Shown piece by piece: positions 1 through 9,018 of a DNA stretch of 64,000 nucleotides (positions are counted from its first letter, which is position 1; every line of letters starts with the position of its first letter). The stretch is from an uncultured delta proteobacterium. GTDB taxonomy: Bacteria > Desulfobacterota > Desulfobacteria > Desulfobacterales > JAFDCJ01. Below the pieces are notes generated by a model. That model made no database searches and was not told the origin of the DNA. It worked only from the letters and a program-made list of their open reading frames with translations. The stretch covers positions 1 through 64,000 of the forward strand of contig CAVYNY010000039.1 of the NCBI GenBank assembly GCA_963769935.1, read 5' to 3'. Both the position numbers and the translations under genes were made by a program.

Positions 1-250
1 GTTATGCGGGCATGAACGTAAAAATTCATATTGATGATCCGGGCGCTTGATTATTCTAATGGCAAAAGATATTGCCAAACAAAGGTCACAAGTTAGGTGT
101 GCAGATCCGATGCTTTTGTCCTGGTACAATGGCAAAACCGGTGTATCGTACCCGAACCTCGAATGCGGACCCGGCGATAAACCGGCCTGGATAACATATG
201 CCGAATCAAGAGGCGACGACCTGACCTATTGATATCAATGACGGCCAATA
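1..250 (+). pseudogene. Degraded, 3'-truncated copy of an AF1514-family gene
   Basis: DPMLLSWYNGKTGVSYPNLECGPGDKPAWITYAESRG is near-identical to the product of 8622..8924. It has frameshifts, and similarity stops at ...GACGGCCAATA just before a repeat motif. Confidence 0.8.
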
Positions 251-259
251 AAAAAGACG

Positions 260-284
260 AGGGTCAAAGCTTGAATAGTGAATA
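260..284 (+). repeat. Empty copy of the GGGTCAAAGCTTGAATAGTGAATA host repeat (IS110 target motif)
   Basis: Matches the reconstructed IS110 empty site (5669-5683 joined to 7663-7681) and the copy at 9814-9847. Confidence 0.85.
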
Positions 285-525
285 GAGAATAAGGTGACAG
301 GTGCTTTATTTTGGTCATTGAAATGATTTCATCAGCAACATATGGATATTCGCCTGCCCGTGTCACGATCACGCCGCCTTGGGAGGGGATATTCTTGGAA
401 GCTGTATTATCTTCCGGTCTGACCCTTAAAAAAGAAGAATAGGAACGTATTTGGATTTATTTCTGGAGCGAAAATTAGCTGACGATTTTTCATTTGGAGC
501 CTCCAATTGTTAGAAGTTTGCAAAC

Positions 526-1343
526 TTATTTTATAACTTTCAACCGGTGTGTCTTTTTTAACCGCTCCCACAATTCTTTGATTATCACTCCCGGTGCCTG
601 ATCCCAATGCAGATACTTATCCATGGCCACTTGCCGACACGATTCCAGCAGTCTGTCGTTTCTCGGGTAAAGCAATCGATTCCTGATATACAGTCCAAAT
701 GAAAAATGAAGGTTGGGGAGGTGATCCTCAGACATCTTCGCAATCGCCGATTTGTCTTTGAGGCTCAACTTGGAGATTAGGAAATTAACGGCTTCATCAA
801 CAGTTCCGGGCTGGTCTGTGCTCTTGGGCTTGTCAGTTTCTCTGACATCATTAGATGGTTTCTGTTTATCTTCTTTGGCTGTTACCAAGGTGAAAACCAA
901 TTCAAGCATAACAGTCACAAGGTCGCAGATTAAAGGGTCTTTAGACGCACGAGGCCCTGCTACGTTTAAAACTTCAATTTGATGTCCCGAAATCCAGTCT
1001 TCAACTATCATCGCAGCCTGGAAGGTAGGCAGCTTGTTCAGGTCTGCATGGAACCATGGTTTGCTATGCTTCATTGCCATTTTCCGTGTGTAAGCAGAAC
1101 CACCGGTTAATTTTCCATGGGATATGATCAAGGTGCCATCTGAATCGATTACGTTTTGCTCAGTTCTCTTTGGGTGGCTGCCTGTGGCATTTCTCGCAGT
1201 TGGTAAATGTCAGAAATTGGGCCATCTTCAGCAAGCCGACCACTTGGAACCCATCCACCATGTGGAATTCCCAGTTGAATGGCAGCATCCAATGCCCCCC
1301 GGTCGGCCCCAGTTTCACCCCCACTTATAATCTTTTTTATCAT
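526..1343 (-). pseudogene. Putative molybdenum carrier (SLOG/YpsA-like) protein with C-terminal extension; 1-nt frameshift near 1185
   Basis: KIISGGETGADRGALD...GGWVP (1149..1343) continues in another frame as RTEQNVIDSDGTLIISHGKLTGGS...LNVAGPRAS (526..1131). Confidence 0.8.
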
Positions 1344-1463
1344 TGCCCTCTTCTCTGGTACTGTTTCTGAACCTCTTTTAGTTTGGTATAGAACTCGTGT
1401 TCGGTAAAAAAACCCTTTCCAATCAGCAACTGGACCCCTGCATCGAACTGAATGGAATTTGAA
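1339..1463 (-). pseudogene. 3' fragment of a small conserved hypothetical gene with no start codon
   Basis: Open frame SNSIQFDAGVQLLIGKGFFTEHEFYTKLKEVQKQYQRRGQ*. Its stop overlaps the ATG of the next gene, and it is cut upstream at the 1469 repeat. Confidence 0.55.
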
Positions 1464-1468
1464 AAGGG

Positions 1469-1531
1469 GATCTTAGGGACATCCCTTAAAATTATAACTT
1501 ACCTGTTGTTCGAGGATAATGAATGAGCAGG
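1469..1531 (+). repeat. ~63-bp dispersed repeat, copy 1
   Basis: GATCTTAGGGACATCCCTTAAAATTATAACTTACCTGTTGTTCGAGGATAATGAATGAGCAGG aligns with 14361-14425 and 22005-22066. Confidence 0.8.
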
Positions 1532-1697
1532 TGGATAGGCTCGAATGTCAAATTATAGCAATTTTAGCAATCTGTAAAAGATTTATTGCCCCTATTTGAT
1601 TACGTGTCGACCCCATCCCGCACACTATTTATTGAATTTTCAGCTAAAGCATTCATAAAACGTTATCACCCCTTCCCCCGGATACTTTCCTAAAAAA

Positions 1698-1895
1698 TCA
1701 CTTTCCTCTTTGACCGGATTTGTCATTGGTGTTTGATAACATGTTGAAGAAACGACGCCAATCGGGCAAGAGACCGTCTTCTGTGATGCGACCTTTGGGG
1801 ATCCAGCCGCCATAGGGGATGTTAAATTTAATTTCGACATCAAGGGCAGCACGATCGGCACCCGTTTGACCGCCAGATATGATTTTTTTAATCAT
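1698..1895 (-). pseudogene. Truncated second copy of the molybdenum carrier/SLOG N-terminus
   Basis: MIKKIISGGQTGADRAALD...GGWIPKGR followed by unrelated sequence. Confidence 0.75.
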
Positions 1896-2102
1896 TTAGC
1901 ATCCATTTTTTCAGAAATACTCAATGGAATTACTATCCCAATTTTACTGATATAGTAAATATGAAAAAACTCGTATGAGTTTTAAAAGTTGATAGAAGGC
2001 TGCAAGAAATGCAAAATTGTCATTTTGAATGCTTTGAAGGATGAAATTATTAATGGGAGAAAGGATGTGGGACAAGATCAATAGGTAGCAGGGATGAAAC
2101 GA

Positions 2103-2423
2103 TTAAAACGATCTCGATTCTAATTTAAGAAGCTTGGAGCTATCACCAGTGCGCTTTTTTACCAACTCAATGCCATATCCTTCATGGTTTTGCCATAGAA
2201 TCTGGCCGGGAACTTCGCTTTTTTCATCCTCCTCATAAGGCAGTGCCACGGTAATAAACTCACCTAATGTTAAAATTTCATAGGTTCTAATAAAAAGGCC
2301 ATTTTGACTATAATTTTTGAGCGCTCCTTCAAAGAACCTGTCCTTTGTTGCAAAGAAAATATGCCCCGAGTACGGTCTACGTAGGTCGATTCTTCTTTCA
2401 ATAACCTTTTTTTCGTTTCCCAT
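2103..2423 (-). CDS. PilZ domain protein
   Basis: RxxxR (ERRIDLRR) and NYSQNG (D/NxSxxG) motifs; 106 aa. Confidence 0.8.
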   Translation of the reverse strand: MGNEKKVIERRIDLRRPYSGHIFFATKDRFFEGALKNYSQNGLFIRTYEILTLGEFITVALPYEEDEKSEVPGQILWQNHEGYGIELVKKRTGDSSKLLKLESRSF

Positions 2424-3034
2424 GGAAAATTGCCTCTATCTTTTTGTTAATCTAATCGGTTCGGATATTGACGCATGAGTGTTAATGCAGGAAAGATTGA
2501 ATCAATGCAGTTATGGCACATATAATAACACACAAAATGAGATCAGTCTTGTCCATTATTCACCCTAAACGTACATAAAGCAAAAAAAATGCCATTTAAA
2601 AACTTTTGGATTTTTGCATACGATTCCAGATGGTTATTCTATTGGGGGTCTTAAGGGAGCTAACTTTATTATGAAAAGAAATTGTTAATTAAGTGAAATT
2701 GATTTCACAGTGGAATAAGTCCTTTCTACCTGAAATCGCATGTTGTTTTAAGCTGCATATTGACAAAAAACCAAATGATGATGACCATAAAGTTCCCGAG
2801 ATGTGTTTAATCCTCAAGAATTAATTCATGTTAAAAGCTTTCTGATTTTGGTTGATTCATGGAAGGAGGTTGTCATGTTAGAAAGATTCGAACGCAGAAA
2901 TGATAAACGCCTGAATCACCGCTGCACGATAATGCTTGCTGATGAAAATTCTGGATACTACAATTGGCCAGATTTATAATACAGCTAAAAAATTCGCATG
3001 TTGTTAGTATCACCCCAAACTTAAAACGGCTTAT

Positions 3035-3347
3035 GATGGATAAGTCCAAAAACTCACAAAAAGTTGTTTTCACAGTCGGACCCCCTGACAGTCCGTATGC
3101 CAAGATAATGCGAGTTGAAAGACGCCTTGGTTTAAAAGACAGGCGCAGATTAAACACTAACATTTCAAATGATCGAAGATTCGGAATACTCGATAGAAGA
3201 AAATTTAAGGAACATCGTTTAAAGAGGCTAAGGACTGAAGACAGACGCCAACTGCACACTTACCTTGCAAAAGATAGGCGCAGTGGTATTGCTGACAGAC
3301 GAAAGGCTAAAAGAACCAACCACCTCGGTGGCAAGGACAACAAATAA
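3035..3347 (+). CDS. Hypothetical basic protein with repeated (E/D)RR motifs
   Basis: ERRLGLKDRR...NDRRFGILDRR...EDRR...KDRRSGIADRR. Confidence 0.55.
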
Positions 3348-3722
3348 GCCGATCAATCTCCGATAAAGCGGTTATTAATGCGCACCAGTTTGCCGGGGGA
3401 TCTTCATATCTGAATGGATGACAGGGCCGTTATCCCCATCGATAAAAGATTCCCCTGCATTTCTAAACCATATATCTATCTTGCAGCCGCCATTCACATA
3501 ATACCCGTCACCGTTCTCCGCGATAGGTATAGGGAAATTTCCTTCTCCAATCTGTCAGCATAATACTTCTCCATCTGGCATTGCAAAATTTGGATTCAGG
3601 TTGAAATCCCACAAATCACCAAGGCTCCCGCTTCTCAGAACTTTCTTGAGCATCACCAAGAGCGGACAATTTCATAATTTCAACGACCAATGGATCATGT
3701 TAATTTCATCGAAAAATATAAT

Positions 3723-4637
3723 TCAAGATGTCCAATTGACCAGTTTCTGCTTGGTTCTATCGTAGGCTTGTTTAACGAGCTTTTCCCCAGATGTTTCTTT
3801 CCTCAAACCGTTCCCATTATTGAAAATCTTTTTCTGGATGTGAAGATCTTCAGCGCACTCCTTAATCACGGGGGATTCTATCTTTTTTAATTCTTTTGAA
3901 TAACCTATCATCAAAGCATGGTCACAAATCGTATTAATAACCCTCGGTATGCCGCCTGAATATTTAAAAATTTTGCCAAGGGCACCTGAGCTGAATAAAT
4001 CCTTTTCCGTTCCGGCGATTTTAAGCCGATGTTTTATGTATTCATTAGTTTCGACTTTGGTTAATGATCGGAGATGGCATACTATACGATCTTTCTGCAT
4101 ATTGCCATTTGGTTTTATCTCTTTTACTAACTCAATTAATGGATTTTGACCGACCAAAACAATATTTATAAGTTGCTCACTATCCCTTTTGATTTTTGCC
4201 ATGAGATCCAAATCATTAAGCAGGCTCTTTTTTAACCGGTGCGCTTCGTCAATGATAATGAGCATCCTTTTTTTGGTTCGGGAATACTCTCCATCTATAT
4301 ACCAAAAAAATGATCTCTTATCTTCAAAGTTATTTGGTAGTTTAAAGGAATCTGCAACGAAGAGCAAAAAATCCTTACTATCAATATCTGAATCCTCTAT
4401 CGTTACAATTTTGAATTTATCATTGAGAAGCACTGCAAGACATTTAATAAGTAAGGTTTTGCCTACGCCGACATCACCTGTTAACAGCGTGATGCCTTCC
4501 CCTTTGTCGATTCGGAACTTTAAAACCGCAATTGCTTCTGATTGCCCTTCACCAGACCAAAAATATTTTGGGCTGACAGTATCCTTAAAAGGCTGCTCTT
4601 TCAAACTGTAATGTGGAAGGTACAACATATTAATCAA
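3723..4637 (-). CDS. ExeA/GspA-family AAA ATPase
   Basis: Walker A LTGDVGVGKT, Walker B LIIIDEAH, and VLVGQ and SGGIPRVINTICDHAL motifs. Confidence 0.88.
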   Translation of the reverse strand: MINMLYLPHYSLKEQPFKDTVSPKYFWSGEGQSEAIAVLKFRIDKGEGITLLTGDVGVGKTLLIKCLAVLLNDKFKIVTIEDSDIDSKDFLLFVADSFKLPNNFEDKRSFFWYIDGEYSRTKKRMLIIIDEAHRLKKSLLNDLDLMAKIKRDSEQLINIVLVGQNPLIELVKEIKPNGNMQKDRIVCHLRSLTKVETNEYIKHRLKIAGTEKDLFSSGALGKIFKYSGGIPRVINTICDHALMIGYSKELKKIESPVIKECAEDLHIQKKIFNNGNGLRKETSGEKLVKQAYDRTKQKLVNWTS

Positions 4638-5750
4638 ATGATTCCTCTCTTGAAAAATCGATCCATCGGAATATCAGATCTTTAAACGATGCTATTTATC
4701 GTTATCGGCAACTTTGTTAAAATTCTAAATTGCCACGCCCTTTTTGATGTCGAGATGGTTTAAACCCAAAAAGTAGTTGTAGCCGATGAATTACAGCGGA
4801 ACAGACTTTGATCGATATTTGATCGGGATTTTCCAGTTCGACGCCCAAGAATTGTTTTAAATGGGAAAGATTTTCGAGCGGCAAACGTTATGAGACAAAG
4901 TTTGACAATCATAAATTCAGCATCGGATCACATTGTGGAAATCCTGGTTAAATTAAGAACATACGTTCCACGGGGGAGTGATGGAAAGCCAAGTGATAAA
5001 AGCGCTATGGTATCTTTCGGAATGTTTGAAAAAATTTGGGCGATCCGCTCATATAGCAGACCGCCCGTTAGAGATTGGGAGAAATATTATGAGTCACATC
5101 CTGCTTTGGATGCTTAATAATCATTTTATCATAACCAATTTCCGTGTCAAATTTTCGTTCATCTAGGACACAGAACATGTTTAGAGAAAGTATTCAGTTT
5201 TCCATCGGTATTTCATACATATTTTTCAGTTTTAAAAATCATGGGCGTTAATATACTTCGAGACGCCAGGCTCCCTCTTAGACCGACTTAAGCTGGTCTC
5301 GGATATAGGTCCCGACCAAATTCAATCCAGGGTGGTTATCAACGCACCTATACCGACGATTTTGATTTTGGGAAAAAATCGGGATTTAGTTTTTCGAACT
5401 TGAACATATCAATAAATAAATCCTTCTCTATTTTTGCCTGAAAATGTCGCTTTAAATAAAGTTTCCCCAAAAAAAAACCGATATATATTGCATATTCAGT
5501 TTCATCTTGTCATCGGTATGGCAAACAGCTTTCAACAATAGGCGAATTATGGAATTATCAGAAGAAAACGGAAGTGGTTGCTGCTTGCGTGAGCAACAAA
5601 ATGGATAAAGCTGTAGAAGGCTATTACTTGCCCCCTGGTGAACTCTGGCGTCAGTCAATTGCGGTATCGAAAAAAGGGGGTCACCCATTAAAGGGCTTGT
5701 CAAGAGAAAAAACACCCCCTTGATCAAAAAAAATCAGTTTTTGATTGACA

Positions 5751-5861
5751 TTGATGGATTCCTAAAAAGCCCGTGCTCCTGGGTTAGCTTTTGAACGCAG
5801 GCGATGGTTTGTGCTGCTGATGGTCTTAAGATAAAGATCAGGCTTTTTAGGAATCCATCAA
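5751..5861. mobile_element. 111-bp MITE/REP-like element with perfect 21-bp terminal inverted repeats, nested in the IS110 end
   Basis: TTGATGGATTCCTAAAAAGCC (5751-5771) and GGCTTTTTAGGAATCCATCAA (5841-5861). Confidence 0.8.
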
Positions 5862-6051
5862 GTTTATAGCGCTCCTCAGCCCAGTGTCGCCTTTTCTCCT
5901 TTTCGCGCCCGCTATTTCTTTCTTATTGGCTTACGGTTAGTATTTTCTGATCCGCATCAGTCACCCATCAGGCTCAAGGCATTTGTGTTTTAAGCTCAAG
6001 GCTTGAAAACACCGCCCCTGGTCCGCTTGGGACCCCAGAAATTCTTCGGTT

Positions 6052-6408
6052 CCATACCGTGTTCAATTGGATGTGTTACAAATCTTGTGGTTATTAGCCA
6101 ACCCCTTATGGACTCACGGCATAGGCGAATCGAGATCTAAAGCGATCGCTGTCTGGTTATTATTGGCGAGTGCAGCAGCTGCCAATCACATCTAATGGTT
6201 TAGTGCCAACCCCTATACCGGCTCACTGCCGCACTCCAACTCTTATCGCATACGCACCTGCCTTTTTAGTCGCTCAAATATTGGTGTCTTTTAAGGCCGA
6301 TCGATGTATCATCGGCAATCAACTTTGATCGATTAGCTGGGTGCGGCAGCTGCCAATCAAAGCTGGTGGTTGAATACCAACCCCTTATCCGGTTGGCTGC
6401 CGCACCCA
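6052..6408 (-). ncRNA. Putative bridge/seek RNA region with three tandem target-binding loops
   Basis: Three stem-closed units share the layout [8-nt guide]-NNTGGT-[6 nt]-CCAACCCCT (at 6078-6106, 6186-6214 and 6357-6385). The unit nearest the transposase matches the insertion site. Confidence 0.78.
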
Positions 6409-6414
6409 AACCGA

Positions 6415-7431
6415 TTAACTAAATAGCTTGTCCTCATCGAAGGCAACCTGATCGCGCATGATGTAGTAAGAGGCCCGAGACAGCTTGTTGCTCAATGCCT
6501 TGATTGCTACCACATTCTTGCTTCTCGCCTTTTTGCTCTGATAAAAACTGTGTGCCTTGGGACAATATCTTTTGGCAAAGTTGGCCGCCTCCACATAGGC
6601 CCAGGCCAGGTACTTGTTGCCATTTTTCTTGTTGTTCTCACCTTTTTTCTTGCCATTGGATATTCTCTTACTTTGCACACATCGACAGTAGGAAGAATAG
6701 TCACCAACTGTAGCAAAACGTCCAATATCCCCGACTTCCAGCATGATGGTCAGCGCTAAAATCTTGCCTATCCCCGGAATCGTAAGCAACTTTGCAAATT
6801 CCTTGCGCAGCTTGGCCTGTGACATGACACGCTTTTCAATGCCTCTAATAATGTGCTTCAAAAATTCAATCGTCGCCCAACTGTTGGTGGCCATCAATAC
6901 TAAATCCGGACAATCGAACAGATCTGCAACATCTATGGCGCTCAGTTTCTTGATTTCATTGTTGGATATCTTAAAACCCAGATTTCTGCTGACCATACTC
7001 TGCAGACTCAAGATCTGCGCCGTTCGCTGTCGCACAAATAAAAGCCTGCGGCGTAACAAATCCCTTACCGCTCGATTCTCCTTGGGGTAGATGTATCCTT
7101 CAGCCAGCAGGTTCAAGCGGTACATGTGCGCCAACCAAAATGCATCCCAGGGATCATCGGTATGCTTCAGTCCCTCGTATTGTTTGATTGCCGAGGGATT
7201 AGCCAAATGAACCTCGTAGCCATTGTCCTGCAGGCCGTCGACCATCCAATACCAATTGAACGTGGATTCGATTACCACCGCCTTAAGGTTTTCCTTAAAC
7301 GGTTCCAGCGCCTTCAAGACTTCCTCCAGCCGGTTGCAATGCCGCTTGCCATAAAGCCTCTTATCGTTGCCGTCGATGATTCCAATAAAATTATTACTTG
7401 AATGCAAATCAATTCCAGCGTATGTTTCCAT
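6415..7431 (-). CDS. IS110-family transposase/recombinase
   Basis: N-terminal GIDLH...IEST...HTDDPWDA (DEDD RuvC-like) and C-terminal LLTIPGIG...GDIGRF...ISNG...GNKYL (Transposase_20-like). Confidence 0.96.
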   Translation of the reverse strand: METYAGIDLHSSNNFIGIIDGNDKRLYGKRHCNRLEEVLKALEPFKENLKAVVIESTFNWYWMVDGLQDNGYEVHLANPSAIKQYEGLKHTDDPWDAFWLAHMYRLNLLAEGYIYPKENRAVRDLLRRRLLFVRQRTAQILSLQSMVSRNLGFKISNNEIKKLSAIDVADLFDCPDLVLMATNSWATIEFLKHIIRGIEKRVMSQAKLRKEFAKLLTIPGIGKILALTIMLEVGDIGRFATVGDYSSYCRCVQSKRISNGKKKGENNKKNGNKYLAWAYVEAANFAKRYCPKAHSFYQSKKARSKNVVAIKALSNKLSRASYYIMRDQVAFDEDKLFS

Positions 7432-7432
7432 G

Positions 7433-7518
7433 GGACACCTCCTAAATCCTATAAAATTAATGTTAGACCCTTGTCTACTGGTTCCATAGCATATTTTGCT
7501 ATGGATAGGGAGGTGTCC
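7433..7518 (-). promoter_or_regulatory. Anti-Shine-Dalgarno hairpin over the transposase RBS
   Basis: GGACACCTCC (7433-7442, the SD on the minus strand) is a perfect 10-bp inverted repeat with GGAGGTGTCC (7509-7518). Confidence 0.65.
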
Positions 7519-7786
7519 TTTCTCAAGCTCGGCAGGCTGTAGTGAGATTTATCGCCAGCGGTCCGTAAGAAAATCTCACGCTTGACGAGCAATAACAGCT
7601 GAATGCAGGAAAAAAAGCAGTATCTATGATTTCCTGCCCTGTTGCTCTTTATATGTATATCAAAGCTTGAATAGTGAATAAGGACTCGCTTCCTTACCTG
7701 AATTTTATGAAATATTCGTTACGTTGTTGGCTGGCTTAACTTTCCAGCTTAGCCGCACTTATCCCTTAAATCGTCATCACGGAGAT

Positions 7787-8188
7787 TTATCGCAATTTAA
7801 ATCGGCCCTGCAGCAGAGGTCTGATACGAGAAATCTTTTCGAAATCTTTGTCACGATGTAAGAGGAAGGCACTATTTTCCATCGCAATCTGCGCGATACA
7901 GCAATCCACGGGGCTGTTGACCGTGACTCCCTTGCGCCTCAGTTCAAAATATATTCCGGCAGCCTCGGGCCATGTATCCTGTGATGCTTCCAGATAGTAT
8001 TGAGTCGAAAGGTATTTTTCCAGCAGCCCCCATTCTTTTTCATTAGCCGCGCCTTGCAGAAGCTCAAGCTGCTGAAATCGGCTGATTGCATAATTTTCCA
8101 CACCAATGGCTTTTTGAAAGGCTTTGACAAAATTGCCGGTTTTGTCTCTGAATATTTCTATCCAAACCGATGTGTCGACCAGGATCAT
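7787..8188 (-). CDS. vapC: VapC PIN-domain toxin
   Basis: MILVDTSVWI...ELLQG...VDCCIAQIA...LLHRDKDF PIN motifs. Confidence 0.93.
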   Translation of the reverse strand: MILVDTSVWIEIFRDKTGNFVKAFQKAIGVENYAISRFQQLELLQGAANEKEWGLLEKYLSTQYYLEASQDTWPEAAGIYFELRRKGVTVNSPVDCCIAQIAMENSAFLLHRDKDFEKISRIRPLLQGRFKLR

Positions 8189-8388
8189 CCCCTTAGCTTC
8201 CTCAGTTTTTTATGGTCGAAATTTTTATGAAACCCGACAGCACCTGCAAGTTCTGTGAGATCCTTGCGCTTTTTCAGCCGAATAAATTCAGTTAAAGCCT
8301 CATGAATGAGATCCTTCTTCGTTTTCGCGTTGCTGACCAAAAAGGCCTCATCCAGTAATTTGTCATCGATTACAATGTTGGTTCGCAT
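8185..8388 (-). CDS. vapB: VapB-family antitoxin
   Basis: MRTNIVIDDKLLDEAF...TKKDLIHEAL; 4-nt overlap with vapC. Confidence 0.92.
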   Translation of the reverse strand: MRTNIVIDDKLLDEAFLVSNAKTKKDLIHEALTEFIRLKKRKDLTELAGAVGFHKNFDHKKLRKLRG

Positions 8389-8621
8389 AATAGACTCCCT
8401 TAACGTACCTCATAGTTGCGTTTGGGTGTGTTTAACACTTATCATACACATTGCATACACAAAGTCAAGAAGAGGATAAAAGGGACAGGTACTTTATGCT
8501 CGACAAAAAAAATCCTATGCTATGAGGTAGTCATGGATTGGACTTCGACACTCCACTTCTCAATTTGAGAAATTTAGTTTTATTTTTGATAAGATATATC
8601 CACAAAAGGGGAATTCGAATC

Positions 8622-8924
8622 GTGACATTGATTAGGTCGAACGTAAAAGGTTATCCGGGAAAGTATATAAATCTTGACATTGATGATCCGGATCTTGACT
8701 TTTCAACGGCAAAGAATATTGCAAAACAAAAGGCAACAGAGATGGAAAATGATCCGATGATGCTATCCTGGTATAATGGCAAAACCGGTGAATCGTATCC
8801 GAACCTCGAATGCGGACCCGGTGATAAACCGGCCTGGATAGCATATGCCGAATCAAGAGGCGGCGACATCACCATTGATATCAATGACGGTCAATACGTT
8901 TTTATTTATCTCTCATTTGAATAA
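8622..8924 (+). CDS. AF1514-family protein
   Basis: DPMMLSWYNG...ECGPGDKPAWIAYAESRGGDITIDINDGQYVFIY; GTG start chosen by RBS. Confidence 0.75.
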   Translation: MTLIRSNVKGYPGKYINLDIDDPDLDFSTAKNIAKQKATEMENDPMMLSWYNGKTGESYPNLECGPGDKPAWIAYAESRGGDITIDINDGQYVFIYLSFE

Positions 8925-9018
8925 TGAAAATATTCAGATGACGACGAACAAAATGAAGCAAAGACGTCCGTTGTATTGCGCAGGTAAATAGGGATTTATT
9001 CACTATGAGGGTTTAACC

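Larger units (their letters stand above)
5684..7662 (-). mobile_element. Complete IS110-family element (IS1111-like layout with long downstream non-coding end)
   Basis: TCA core is present at both junctions (5681-5683 and 7660-7662). Joining the flanks rebuilds the repeat found empty at 260 and 9814. Short subterminal inverted repeats TAAAGGGC (5689-5696) / GCTCTTTA (7644-7651). Contains a DEDD transposase. Confidence 0.9.

Noticed and set aside
5275..5356. Two hairpins upstream of the IS110 as a possible ncRNA
   Set aside because: No recognisable family motif and no second copy seen; support is insufficient.
4890..5727. Short ORFs 4890..5117, 4978..5166 and 5452..5727
   Set aside because: No motifs; two overlap each other, and the last crosses the IS110 boundary.
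6295..6338. Possible fourth guide loop (GGCAATCAAC...)
   Set aside because: It lacks the TGGT...CCAACCCCT scaffold and the stem is weak.
6052..6408. CRISPR array or TIGR array interpretation of the repeated CCAACCCCT units
   Set aside because: Spacing is irregular (108 and 171 bp), each unit has its own closing stem, there are no cas genes, and the adjacent protein is a full IS110 transposase inside defined IS ends. Bridge-RNA loops fit better.
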